From Auanema rhodensis (lineage: Eukaryota > Animalia > Nematoda), in the NCBI GenBank assembly GCA_964057225.1, contig OZ059894.1:21638001-21702000 (forward strand): DNA of 64,000 nt. The letters are read 5' to 3'. Position 1 is the first letter of the stretch, and every line of letters begins with the position of its first letter. The position numbers and the translations under genes are program-made. Of the stretch, positions 13,201-28,000 are shown piece after piece. The notes under the pieces were generated by a model. It was not told the origin of the DNA, made no database searches, and was given only the letters and a program-made list of their open reading frames with translations.

Positions 13201-16146
13201 TTACACTTATATCCTCGATTTTCACCCTGAAGAATTAATTTTTTCGTTGAATAACATTGTCCATCGTCTTTGCCTTGAAAAAAGAAATCTAAAAACATCT
13301 ACTTTTTGCTAAATTATTTTGAAATTTTTCGAAAAAATTTTTGTCAAAATGTTTTTGGAAGCAATGTTGAGTGTACATGGAAACTCAACATACACTAATG
13401 CATCATTTTTCAAACGATCATAACTAATTTTTGTATTAAGCGTTTCTCAATGTAGTATAGTGCATTCGATGCGGATTTTTAAGCTGCGTCGATCTGTGTT
13501 ATCAGATTTGCGCTAGCTTAAAAATGCACCGAGATATCAACTGATATAAGTTTACACTTATATCCTCGATTTTCACCCTGAAGAATTAATTTTTTCGTTG
13601 AAAAACATTGTCCATCGTCTTTGCCTTAAAAAAAGGAATCTAAAAACATCTACTTTTTGCTAAATTATTTTGAAATTTTTCGAAAAAATTTTTGTCAAAA
13701 TGTTTTTGGAAGCAATGTTGAGTGTACATGGAAACTCAACATACACTAATGCATCATTTTTCAAACGAACATAACTAATTTTTTTATCAAGCGTTTCTCA
13801 ATGTAGTATAGTGCATTCGATGCGGATTTTTAAGCTGCGTCGATCTGTGTTATCAAATTTGCGCTAGCTTAAAAATGCACCGAGATATCAACTGATATAA
13901 GTTCACACTTATATCCTCGATTTTCACCCTGAAGAATTAATTTTTTCGTTGAATAACATTGTCCATCGTCTTTGCCTTAAAAACAGGAATCTAAAAACAT
14001 CTACTTTTTGCTAAATTATTTTGAAATTTTTCGAAAAAATTTTTGTCAAAATGTTTTTGGAAGCAATGTTGAGTGTACATGGAAACTCAACATACACTAA
14101 TGCATCATTTTTCAAACGATCATAACTAATTTGTGTATTAAGCGTTTCTTGATGTAGTATAGTGCATTCGATGCGGATTTTTAAGCTGCGTCGATCTGTG
14201 TTATCAGATTTGCGCTAGCTTAAAAATGCACCGAGATATCAACTGATATAAGTTCACACTTATATCCTCGATTTTCACCCTGAAGAATTAATTTTTTCGT
14301 TGAATAACATTGTCCATCGTCTTTGCCTTGGAAAAAGGAATCTAAAAACATCTACTTTTTGCTGAATTATTCTGAAATTTTTCGAAAAAATTTTTGTCAA
14401 AATGTTTTTGGAAGCAATGTTGAGTGTACATGGAAACTCAACATACACTAATGCATCATTTTTCAAACGATCATAACTAATTTTTGTATTAAGCGTTTCT
14501 CAATGTAGTATAGTGCATTCGATGCGGATTTTTAAGCTGCGTCGATCTGTGTTATCAGATGTGCGCTAGCTTAAAAATGCACCGAGATATCAACTGATAT
14601 AAGTTTACACTTATATCCTCGATTTTCACCCTGAAGAATTAATTTTTTCGTTGAATAACATTGTCCATCGTCTTTGCCTTGAAAAAAGAAATCTAAAAAC
14701 ATCTACTTTTTGCTAAATTATTTTGAAATTTTTCGAAAAAATTTTTGTCAAAATGTTTTTGGAAGCAATGTTGAGTGTACATGGAAACTCAACATACACT
14801 AATGCATCATTTTTCAAACGATCATAACTAATTTTTGTATTATGCGTTTCTCAATGTAGTATAGTGCATTCGATGCGGATTTTTAAGCTGCGTCGATCTG
14901 TGTTATCAGATTTGCGCTAGCTTAAAAATGCACCGAGATATCAACTGATATAAGTTTACACTTATATCCTCGATTTTCACCCTGAAGAATTAATTTTTTC
15001 GTTGAATAACATTGTCCATCGTCTTTGCCTTGAAAAAAGGAATCTAAAAACATCTACTTTTTGCTAAATTATTTTGAAATTTTTCGAAAAAATTTTTGTC
15101 AAAATGTTTTTGGAAGCAATGTTGAGTGTACATGGAAACTCAACATACACTAATGCATCATTTTTCAAACGAACATAACTAATTTTTTTATCAAGCGTTT
15201 CTCAATGTAGTATAGTGCATTCGATGCGGATTTTTAAGCTGCGTCGATCTGTGTTATCAAATTTGCGCTAGCTTAAAAATGCACCGAGATATCAACTGAT
15301 ATAAGTTCACACTTATATCCTCGATTTTCACCCTGAAGAATTAATTTTTTCGTTGAATAACATTGTCCATCGTCTTTGCCTTAAAAACAGGAATCTAAAA
15401 ACATCTACTTTTTGCTAAATTATTTTGAAATTTTTCGAAAAAATTTTTGTCAAAATGTTTTTGGAAGCAATGTTGAGTGTACATGGAAACTCAACATACA
15501 CTAATGCATCATTTTTCAAACGATCATAACTAATTTGTGTATTAAGCGTTTCTTGATGTAGTATAGTGCATTCGATGCGGATTTTTAAGCTGCGTCGATC
15601 TGTGTTATCAGATTTGCGCTAGCTTAAAAATGCACCGAGATATCAACTGATATAAGTTCACACTTATATCCTCGATTTTCACCCTGAAGAATTAATTTTT
15701 TCGTTGAATAACATTGTCCATCGTCTTTGCCTTGAAAAAAAAAATCTAAAAACATCTACTTTTTGCTAAATTATTTTGAAATTTTTCGAAAAAATTTTTG
15801 TCAAAATGTTTTTGGAAGCAATGTTGAGTGTACATGGAAACTCAACATACACTAATGCATCATTTTTCAAACGATCATAACTAATTTGTGTATTAAGCGT
15901 TTCTCAATGTAGTATAGTGCATTCGATGCGGATTTTTAAGCTGCGTCGATCTGTGTTATCAGATTTGCGCTAGCTTAAAAATGCACCGAGATATCAACTG
16001 ATATAAGTTCACACTTATATCCTCGATTTTCACCCTGAAGAATTAATTTTTTCGTTGAATAACATTGTCCATCGTCTTTGCCTTAAAAAAAGGAATCTAA
16101 AAACATCTACTTTTTGCTAAATTATTTTGAAATTTTTCGAAAAAAT
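4213..16146 (+). repeat. Irregular 5-monomer (1755-bp) higher-order repeat domain
   Basis: The same ordered series of five SNP haplotypes occurs at 4213-5967 and 11935-13689, with partial or rearranged copies between and after. The marker TGAAAAAC occurs at ~11848 and ~13603 (1755 apart). Confidence 0.8.
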
Positions 16147-19100
16147 TTTTGTCAAAATGTTTTTGGAAGCAATGTTGAGTGTACATGGAAACTCAACATA
16201 CACTAATGCATCATTTTTCAAACGATCATAACTAATTTTTGTATCAAACGTTTCTCAATGTAGAATAGTGCATTCGATGCGGATTTTTAAGCTGCGTCGA
16301 TCTGTGTTATCAGATTTGCGCTAGCTTAAAAATGCACCGAGATATCAACTGATATAAGTTCACACTTATATCCTCGATTTTCACCCTGAAGAATTAATTT
16401 TTTCGTTGAATAACATTGTCCATCGTCTTTGCCTTGGAAAAAGGAATCTAAAAACATCTACTTTTTGCTGAATTATTCTGAAATTTTTCGAAAAAATTTT
16501 TGTCAAAATGTTTTTGGAAGCAATGTTGAGTGTACATGGAAACTCAACATACACTAATGCATCATTTTTCAAACGATCATAACTAATTTTTGTATCAAAC
16601 GTTTCTCAATGTAGAATAGTGCATTCGATGCGGATTTTTAAGCTGCGTCGATCTGTGTTATCAGATTTGCGCTAGCTTAAAAATGCACCGAGATATCAAC
16701 TGATATAAGTTCACACTTATATCCTCGATTTTCACCCTGAAGAATTAATTTTTTCGTTGAATAACATTGTCCATCGTCTTTGCCTTAAAAAAAGGAATCT
16801 AAAAACATCTACTTTTTGCTAAATTATTTTGAAATTTTTCGAAAAAATTTTTGTCAAAATGTTTTTGGAAGCAATGTTGAGTGTACATGGAAACTCAACA
16901 TACACTAATGCATCATTTTTCAAACGATCATAACTAATTTTTGTATCAAACGTTTCTCAATGTAGAATAGTGCATTCGATGCGGATTTTTAAGCTGCGTC
17001 GATCTGTGTTATCAGATTTGCGCTAGCTTAAAAATGCACCGAGATATCAACTGATATAAGTTCACACTTATATCCTCGATTTTCACCCTGAAGAATTAAT
17101 TTTTTCGTTGAATAACATTGTCCATCGTCTTTGCCTTGGAAAAAGGAATCTAAAAACATCTACTTTTTGCTGAATTATTCTGAAATTTTTCGAAAAAATT
17201 TTTGTCAAAATGTTTTTGGAAGCAATGTTGAGTGTACATGGAAACTCAACATACACTAATGCATCATTTTTCAAACGATCATAACTAATTTTTGTATTAA
17301 GCGTTTCTCAATGTAGTATAGTGCATTCGATGCGGATTTTTAAGCTGCGTCGATCTGTGTTATCAGATGTGCGCTAGCTTAAAAATGCACCGAGATATCA
17401 ACTGATATAAGTTCACACTTATATCCTCGATTTTCACCCTGAAGAATTAATTTTTTCGTTGAATAACATTGTCCATCGTCTTTGCCTTGGAAAAAGGAAT
17501 CTAAAAACATCTACTTTTTGCTGAATTATTCTGAAATTTTTCGAAAAAATTTTTGTCAAAATGTTTTTGGAAGCAATGTTGAGTGTACATGGAAACTCAA
17601 CATACACTAATGCATCATTTTTCAAACGATCATAACTAATTTTTGTATCAAACGTTTCTCAATGTAGAATAGTGCATTCGATGCGGATTTTTAAGCTGCG
17701 TCGATCTGTGTTATCAGATTTGCGCTAGCTTAAAAATGCACCGAGATATCAACTGATATAAGTTCACACTTATATCCTCGATTTTCACCCTGAAGAATTA
17801 ATTTTTTCGTTGAATAACATTGTCCATCGTCTTTGCCTTAAAAAAAGGAATCTAAAAACATCTACTTTTTGCTAAATTATTTTGAAATTTTTCGAAAAAA
17901 TTTTTGTCAAAATGTTTTTGGAAGCAATGTTGAGTGTACATGGAAACTCAACATACACTAATGCATCATTTTTCAAACGATCATAACTAATTTTTGTATC
18001 AAACGTTTCTCAATGTAGAATAGTGCATTCGATGCGGATTTTTAAGCTGCGTCGATCTGTGTTATCAGATTTGCGCTAGCTTAAAAATGCACCGAGATAT
18101 CAATTGATATAAGTTCACACTTATATCCTCGATTTTCACCCTGAAGAATTAATTTTTTCGTTGAATAACATTGTCCATCGTCTTTGCCTTGGAAAAAGGA
18201 ATCTAAAAACATCTACTTTTTGCTGAATTATTCTGAAATTTTTCGAAAAAATTTTTGTCAAAATGTTTTTGGAAGCAATGTTGAGTGTACATGGAAACTC
18301 AACATACACTAATGCATCATTTTTCAAACGATCATAACTAATTTTTGTATTAAGCGTTTCTCAATGTAGTATAGTGCATTCGATGCGGATTTTTAAGCTG
18401 CGTCGATCTGTGTTATCAGATGTGCGCTAGCTTAAAAATGCACCGAGATATCAACTGATATAAGTTTACACTTATATCCTCGATTTTCACCCTGAAGAAT
18501 TAATTTTTTCGTTGAATAACATTGTCCATCGTCTTTGCCTTGAAAAAAGAAATCTAAAAACATCTACTTTTTGCTAAATTATTTTGAAATTTTTCGAAAA
18601 AATTTTTGTCAAAATGTTTTTGGAAGCAATGTTGAGTGTACATGGAAACTCAACATACACTAATGCATCATTTTTCAAACGATCATAACTAATTTTTGTA
18701 TTAAGCGTTTCTCAATGTAGTATAGTGCATTCGATGCGGATTTTTAAGCTGCGTCGATCTGTGTTATCAGATTTGCGCTAGCTTAAAAATGCACCGAGAT
18801 ATCAACTGATATAAGTTCACACTTATATCCTCGATTTTCACCCTGAAGAATTAATTTTTTCGTTGAATAACATTGTCCATCGTCTTTGCCTTAAAAACAG
18901 GAATCTAAAAACATCTACTTTTTGCTAAATTATTTTGAAATTTTTCGAAAAAATTTTTGTCAAAATGTTTTTGGAAGCAATGTTGAGTGTACATGGAAAC
19001 TCAACATACACTAATGCATCATTTTTCAAACGATCATAACTAATTTTTGTATCAAGCGTTTCTTGATGTAGTATAGTGCATTCGATGCGGATTTTTAAGC

Positions 19101-22089
19101 TGCGTCGATCTGTGTTATCAGATTTGCGCTAGCTTAAAAATGCACCGAGATATCAACTGATATAAGTTCACACTTATATCCTCGATTTTCACCCTGAAGA
19201 ATTAATTTTTTCGTTGAATAACATTGTCTATCGTCTTTGCCTTGAAAAATGGAATCTAAAAACATCTACTTTTTGCTAAATTATTTTGAAATTTTTCGAA
19301 AAAATTTTTGTCAAAATGTTTTTGGAAGCAATGTTGAGTGTACATGGAAACTCAACATACACTAATGCATCATTTTTCAAACGAACATAACTAATTTTTT
19401 TATCAAGCGTTTCTCAATGTAGTATAGTGCATTCGATGCGGATTTTTAAGCTGCGTCGATCTGTGTTATCAAATTTGCGCTAGCTTAAAAATGCACCGAG
19501 ATATCAACTGATATAAGTTCACACTTATATCCTCGATTTTCACCCTGAAGAATTAATTTTTTCGTTGAATAACATTGTCCATCGTCTTTGCCTTAAAAAC
19601 AGGAATCTAAAAACATCTACTTTTTGCTAAATTATTTTGAAATTTTTCGAAAAAATTTTTGTCAAAATGTTTTTGGAAGCAATGTTGAGTGTACATGGAA
19701 ACTCAACATACACTAATGCATCATTTTTCAAACGAACATAACTAATTTTTTTATCAAGCGTTTCTTGATGTAGTATAGTGCATTCGATGCGGATTTTTAA
19801 GCTGCGTCGATCTGTGTTATCAGATTTGCGCTAGCTTAAAAATGCACCGAGATATCAACTGATATAAGTTCACACTTATATCCTCGATTTTCACCCTGAA
19901 GAATTAATTTTTTCGTTGAATAACATTGTCCATCGTCTTTGCCTTGGAAAAAGGAATCTAAAAACATCTACTTTTTGCTAAATTATTTTGAAATTTTTCG
20001 AAAAAATTTTTGTCAAAATGTTTTTGGAAGCAATGTTGAGTGTACATGGAAACTCAACATACACTAATGCATCATTTTTCAAACGATCATAACTAATTTT
20101 TGTATTAAGCGTTTCTCAATGTAGTATAGTGCATTCGATGCGGATTTTTAAGCTGCGTCGATCTGTGTTATCAGATTTGCGCTAGCTTAAAATTGCACCG
20201 AGATATCAACTGATATAAGTTCACACTTATATCCTCGATTTTCACCCTGAAGAATTAATTTTTTCGTTGAATAACATTGTCCATCGTCTTTGCCTTGAAA
20301 AAAGAAATCTAAAAACATCTACTTTTTGCTAAATTATTTTGAAATTTTTCGAAAAAATATTTGTCAAAATGTTTTTGGAAGCAATGTTGAGTGTACATGG
20401 AAACTCAACATACACTAATGCATCATTTTTCAAACGATCATAACTAATTTTTGTATTAAGCGTTTCTCAATGTAGTATAGTGCATTCGATGCGGATTTTT
20501 AAGCTGCGTCGATCTGTGTTATCAGATTTGCGCTAGCTTAAAATTGCACCGAGATATCAACTGATATAAGTTCACACTTATATCCTCGATTTTCACCCTG
20601 AAGAATTAATTTTTTCGTTGAATAACATTGTCCATCGTCTTTGCCTTAAAAAAAAGGAATCTAAAAACATCTACTTTTTGCTAAATTATTTTGAAATTTT
20701 TCGAAAAAATTTTTGTCAAAATGTTTTTGGAAGCAATGTTGAGTGTACATGGAAACTCAACATACACTAATGCATCATTTTTCAAACGAACATAACTAAT
20801 TTTTTTATCAAGCGTTTCTCAATGTAGTATAGTGCATTCGATGCGGATTTTTAAGCTGCGTCGATCTGTGTTATCAAATTTGCGCTAGCTTAAAAATGCA
20901 CCGAGATATCAACTGATATAAGTTCACACTTATATCCTCGATTTTCACCCTGAAGAATTAATTTTTTCGTTGAATAACATTGTCCATCGTCTTTGCCTTA
21001 AAAACAGGAATCTAAAAACATCTACTTTTTGCTAAATTATTTTGAAATTTTTCGAAAAAATTTTTGTCAAAATGTTTTTGGAAGCAATGTTGAGTGTACA
21101 TGGAAACTCAACATACACTAATGCATCATTTTTCAAACGATCATAACTAATTTGTGTATTAAGCGTTTCTTGATGTAGTATAGTGCATTCGATGCGGATT
21201 TTTAAGCTGCGTCGATCTGTGTTATCAGATTTGCGCTAGCTTAAAAATGCACCGAGATATCAACTGATATAAGTTCACACTTATATCCTCGATTTTCACC
21301 CTGAAGAATTAATTTTTTCGTTGAATAACATTGTCCATCGTCTTTGCCTTGAAAAAAGAAATCTAAAAACATCTACTTTTTGCTAAATTATTTTGAAATT
21401 TTTCGAAAAAATTTTTGTCAAAATGTTTTTGGAAGCAATGTTGAGTGTACATGGAAACTCAACATACACTAATGCATCATTTTTCAAACGATCATAACTA
21501 ATTTTTGTATCAAGCGTTTCTTGATGTAGTATAGTGCATTCGATGCGGATTTTTAAGCTGCGTCGATCTGTGTTATCAGATTTGCGCTAGCTTAAAAATG
21601 CACCGAGATATCAACTGATATAAGTTCACACTTATATCCTCGATTTTCACCCTGAAGAATTAATTTTTTCGTTGAATAACATTGTCCATCGTCTTTGCCT
21701 TAAAAAAAGGAATCTAAAAACATCTACTTTTTGCTAAATTATTTTGAAATTTTTCGAAAAAATTTTTGTCAAAATGTTTTTGGAAGCAATGTTGAGTGTA
21801 CATGGAAACTCAACATACACTAATGCATCATTTTTCAAACGAACATAACTAATTTTTTTATCAAGCGTTTCTCAATGTAGTATAGTGCATTCGATGCGGA
21901 TTTTTAAGCTGCGTCGATCTGTGTTATCAAATTTGCGCTAGCTTAAAAATGCACCGAGATATCAACTGATATAAGTTCACACTTATATCCTCGATTTTCA
22001 CCCTGAAGAATTAATTTTTTCGTTGAATAACATTGTCCATCGTCTTTGCCTTAAAAACAGGAATCTAAAAACATCTACTTTTTGCTGAA

Positions 22090-25000
22090 TTATTTTGAAA
22101 TTTTTCGAAAAAATTTTTGTCAAAATGTTTTTGGAAGCAATGTTGAGTGTACATGGAAACTCAACATACACTAATGCATCATTTTTCAAACGATCATAAC
22201 TAATTTGTGTATTAAGCGTTTCTTGATGTAGTATAGTGCATTCGATGCGGATTTTTAAGCTGCGTCGATCTGTGTTATCAGATTTGCGCTAGCTTAAAAA
22301 TGCACCGAGATATCAACTGATATAAGTTCACACTTATATCCTCGATTTTCACCCTGAAGAATTAATTTTTTCGTTGAATAACATTGTCCATCGTCTTTGC
22401 CTTGAAAAAAAAAATCTAAAAACATCTACTTTTTGCTAAATTATTTTGAAATTTTTCGAAAAAATTTTTGTCAAAATGTTTTTGGAAGCAATGTTGAGTG
22501 TACATGGAAACTCAACATACACTAATGCATCATTTTTCAAACGATCATAACTAATTTGTGTATTAAGCGTTTCTCAATGTAGTATAGTGCATTCGATGCG
22601 GATTTTTAAGCTGCGTCGATCTGTGTTATCAGATTTGCGCTAGCTTAAAAATGCACCGAGATATCAACTGATATAAGTTCACACTTATATCCTCGATTTT
22701 CACCCTGAAGAATTAATTTTTTCGTTGAATAACATTGTCCATCGTCTTTGCCTTGAAAAAAAAAATCTAAAAACATCTACTTTTTGCTAAATTATTTTGA
22801 AATTTTTCGAAAAAATTTTTGTCAAAATGTTTTTGGAAGCAATGTTGAGTGTACATGGAAACTCAACATACACTAATGCATCATTTTTCAAACGATCATA
22901 ACTAATTTGTGTATTAAGCGTTTCTCAATGTAGTATAGTGCATTCGATGCGGATTTTTAAGCTGCGTCGATCTGTGTTATCAGATTTGCGCTAGCTTAAA
23001 AATGCACCGAGATATCAACTGATATAAGTTCACACTTATATCCTCGATTTTCACCCTGAAGAATTAATTTTTTCGTTGAATAACATTGTCCATCGTCTTT
23101 GCCTTAAAAAAAGGAATCTAAAAACATCTACTTTTTGCTAAATTATTTTGAAATTTTTCAAAAAAATTTTTGTCAAAATGTTTTTGGAAGCAATGTTGAG
23201 TGTACATGGAAACTCAACATACACTAATGCATCATTTTTCAAACGATCATAACTAATTTTTGTATCAAACGTTTCTCAATGTAGTATAGTGCATTCGATG
23301 CGGATTTTTAAGCTGCGTCGATCTGTGTTATCAGATTTGCGCTAGCTTAAAAATGCACCGAGATATCAACTGATATAAGTTCACACTTATATCCTCGATT
23401 TTCACCCTGAAGAATTAATTTTTTCGTTGAATAACATTGTCCATCGTCTTTGCCTTGGAAAAAGGAATCTAAAAACATCTACTTTTTGCTGAATTATTCT
23501 GAAATTTTTCGAAAAAATTTTTGTCAAAATGTTTTTGGAAGCAATGTTGAGTGTACATGGAAACTCAACATACACTAATGCATCATTTTTCAAACGATCA
23601 TAACTAATTTTTGTATTAAGCGTTTCTCAATGTAGTATAGTGCATTCGATGCGGATTTTTAAGCTGCGGCGATCTGTGTTATCAGATGTGCGCTAGCTTA
23701 AAAATGCACCGAGATATCAACTGATATAAGTTTACACTTATATCCTCGATTTTCACCCTGAAGAATTAATTTTTTCGTTGAATAACATTGTCCATCGTCT
23801 TTGCCTTGAAAAAAGAAATCTAAAAACATCTACTTTTTGCTAAATTATTTTGAAATTTTTCGAAAAAATTTTTGTCAAAATGTTTTTGGAAGCAATGTTG
23901 AGTGTACATGGAAACTCAACATACACTAATGCATCATTTTTCAAACGATCATAACTAATTTTTGTATTAAGCGTTTCTCAATGTAGTATAGTGCATTCGA
24001 TGCGGATTTTTAAGCTGCGTCGATCTGTGTTATCAGATTTGCGCTAGCTTAAAAATGCACCGAGATATCAACTGATATAAGTTTACACTTATATCCTCGA
24101 TTTTCACCCTGAAGAATTAATTTTTTCGTTGAAGAACATTGTCCATCGTCTTTGCCTTAAAAAAAGGAATCTAAAAACATCTACTTTTTGCTAAATTATT
24201 TTGAAATTTTTCGAAAAAATTTTTGTCAAAATGTTTTTGGAAGCAATGTTGAGTGTACATGGAAACTCAACATACACTAATGCATCATTTTTCAAACGAT
24301 CATAACTAATTTGTGTATTAAGCGTTTCTTGATGTAGTATAGTGCATTCGATGCGGATTTTTAAGCTGCGTCGATCTGTGTTATCAGATTTGCGCTAGCT
24401 TAAAAATGCACCGAGATATCAACTGATATAAGTTCACACTTATATCCTCGATTTTCACCCTGAAGAATTAATTTTTTCGTTGAATAACATTGTCCATCGT
24501 CTTTGCCTTGAAAAAAGAAATCTAAAAACATCTACTTTTTGCTAAATTATTTTGAAATTTTTCGAAAAAATTTTTGTCAAAATGTTTTTGGAAGCAATGT
24601 TGAGTGTACATGGAAACTCAACATACACTAATGCATCATTTTTCAAACGATCATAACTAATTTTTGTATTAAGCGTTTCTCAATGTAGTATAGTGCATTC
24701 GATGCGGATTTTTAAGCTGCGTCGATCTGTGTTATCAGATTTGCGCTAGCTGAAAATTGCACCGAGATATCAACTGATATAAGTTCACACTTATATCCTC
24801 GATTTTCACCCTGAAGAATTAATTTTTTCGTTGAAGAACATTGTCCATCGTCTTTGCCTTAAAAAAAGGAATCTAAAAACATCTACTTTTTGCTGAATTA
24901 TTTTGAAATTTTTCGAAAAAATTTTTGTCAAAATGTTTTTGGAAGCAATGTTGAGTGTACATGGAAACTCAACATACACTAATGCATCATTTTTCAAACG

Positions 25001-28000
25001 ATCATAACTAATTTGTGTATTAAGCGTTTCTTGATGTAGTATAGTGCATTCGATGCGGATTTTTAAGCTGCGTCGATCTGTGTTATCAGATTTGCGCTAG
25101 CTTAAAAATGCACCGAGATATCAACTGATATAAGTTCACACTTATATCCTCGATTTTCACCCTGAAGAATTAATTTTTTCGTTGAATAACATTGTCCATC
25201 GTCTTTGCCTTGAAAAAAGAAATCTAAAAACATCTACTTTTTGCTAAATTATTTTGAAATTTTTCGAAAAAATTTTTGTCAAAATGTTTTTGGAAGCAAT
25301 GTTGAGTGTACATGGAAACTCAACATACACTAATGCATCATTTTTCAAACGATCATAACTAATTTGTGTATTAAGCGTTTCTCAATGTAGTATAGTGCAT
25401 TCGATGCGGATTTTTAAGCTGCGTCGATCTGTGTTATCAAATTTGCGCTAGCTTAAAAATGCACCGAGATATCAACTGATATAAGTTCACACTTATATCC
25501 TCGATTTTCACCCTGAAGAATTAATTTTTTCGTTGAATAACATTGTCCATCGTCTTTGCCTTAAAAACAGAAATCTAAAAACATCTACTTTTTGCTAAAT
25601 TATTTTGAAATTTTTCGAAAAAATTTTTGTCAAAATGTTTTTGGAAGCAATGTTGAGTGTACATGGAAACTCAACATACACTAATGCATCATTTTTCAAA
25701 CGATCATAACTAATTTGTGTATTAAGCGTTTCTTGATGTAGTATAGTGCATTCGATGCGGATTTTTAAGCTGCGTCGATCTGTGTTATCAGATTTGCGCT
25801 AGCTTAAAAATGCACCGAGATATCAACTGATATAAGTTCACACTTATATCCTCGATTTTCACCCTGAAGAATTAATTTTTTCGTTGAATAACATTGTCCA
25901 TCGTCTTTGCCTTGAAAAAAAAAATCTAAAAACATCTACTTTTTGCTAAATTATTTTGAAATTTTTCGAAAAAATTTTTGTCAAAATGTTTTTGGAAGCA
26001 ATGTTGAGTGTACATGGAAACTCAACATACACTAATGCATCATTTTTCAAACGATCATAACTAATTTGTGTATTAAGCGTTTCTCAATGTAGTATAGTGC
26101 ATTCGATGCGGATTTTTAAGCTGCGTCGATCTGTGTTATCAGATTTGCGCTAGCTTAAAAATGCACCGAGATATCAACTGATATAAGTTCACACTTATAT
26201 CCTCGATTTTCACCCTGAAGAATTAATTTTTTCGTTGAATAACATTGTCCATCGTCTTTGCCTTGAAAAAAAAAATCTAAAAACATCTACTTTTTGCTAA
26301 ATTATTTTGAAATTTTTCGAAAAAATTTTTGTCAAAATGTTTTTGGAAGCAATGTTGAGTGTACATGGAAACTCAACATACACTAATGCATCATTTTTCA
26401 AACGATCATAACTAATTTGTGTATTAAGCGTTTCTCAATGTAGTATAGTGCATTCGATGCGGATTTTTAAGCTGCGTCGATCTGTGTTATCAGATTTGCG
26501 CTAGCTTAAAAATGCACCGAGATATCAACTGATATAAGTTCACACTTATATCCTCGATTTTCACCCTGAAGAATTAATTTTTTCGTTGAATAACATTGTC
26601 CATCGTCTTTGCCTTAAAAAAAGGAATCTAAAAACATCTACTTTTTGCTAAATTATTTTGAAATTTTTCAAAAAAATTTTTGTCAAAATGTTTTTGGAAG
26701 CAATGTTGAGTGTACATGGAAACTCAACATACACTAATGCATCATTTTTCAAACGATCATAACTAATTTTTGTATCAAACGTTTCTCAATGTAGTATAGT
26801 GCATTCGATGCGGATTTTTAAGCTGCGTCGATCTGTGTTATCAGATTTGCGCTAGCTTAAAAATGCACCGAGATATCAACTGATATAAGTTCACACTTAT
26901 ATCCTCGATTTTCACCCTGAAGAATTAATTTTTTCGTTGAATAACATTGTCCATCGTCTTTGCCTTGGAAAAAGGAATCTAAAAACATCTACTTTTTGCT
27001 GAATTATTCTGAAATTTTTCGAAAAAATTTTTGTCAAAATGTTTTTGGAAGCAATGTTGAGTGTACATGGAAACTCAACATACACTAATGCATCATTTTT
27101 CAAACGATCATAACTAATTTTTGTATTAAGCGTTTCTCAATGTAGTATAGTGCATTCGATGCGGATTTTTAAGCTGCGGCGATCTGTGTTATCAGATGTG
27201 CGCTAGCTTAAAAATGCACCGAGATATCAACTGATATAAGTTTACACTTATATCCTCGATTTTCACCCTGAAGAATTAATTTTTTCGTTGAATAACATTG
27301 TCCATCGTCTTTGCCTTGAAAAAAGAAATCTAAAAACATCTACTTTTTGCTAAATTATTTTGAAATTTTTCGAAAAAATTTTTGTCAAAATGTTTTTGGA
27401 AGCAATGTTGAGTGTACATGGAAACTCAACATACACTAATGCATCATTTTTCAAACGATCATAACTAATTTTTGTATTAAGCGTTTCTCAATGTAGTATA
27501 GTGCATTCGATGCGGATTTTTAAGCTGCGTCGATCTGTGTTATCAGATTTGCGCTAGCTTAAAAATGCACCGAGATATCAACTGATATAAGTTTACACTT
27601 ATATCCTCGATTTTCACCCTGAAGAATTAATTTTTTCGTTGAAGAACATTGTCCATCGTCTTTGCCTTAAAAAAAGGAATCTAAAAACATCTACTTTTTG
27701 CTAAATTATTTTGAAATTTTTCGAAAAAATTTTTGTCAAAATGTTTTTGGAAGCAATGTTGAGTGTACATGGAAACTCAACATACACTAATGCATCATTT
27801 TTCAAACGATCATAACTAATTTGTGTATTAAGCGTTTCTTGATGTAGTATAGTGCATTCGATGCGGATTTTTAAGCTGCGTCGATCTGTGTTATCAGATT
27901 TGCGCTAGCTTAAAAATGCACCGAGATATCAACTGATATAAGTTCACACTTATATCCTCGATTTTCACCCTGAAGAATTAATTTTTTCGTTGAATAACAT

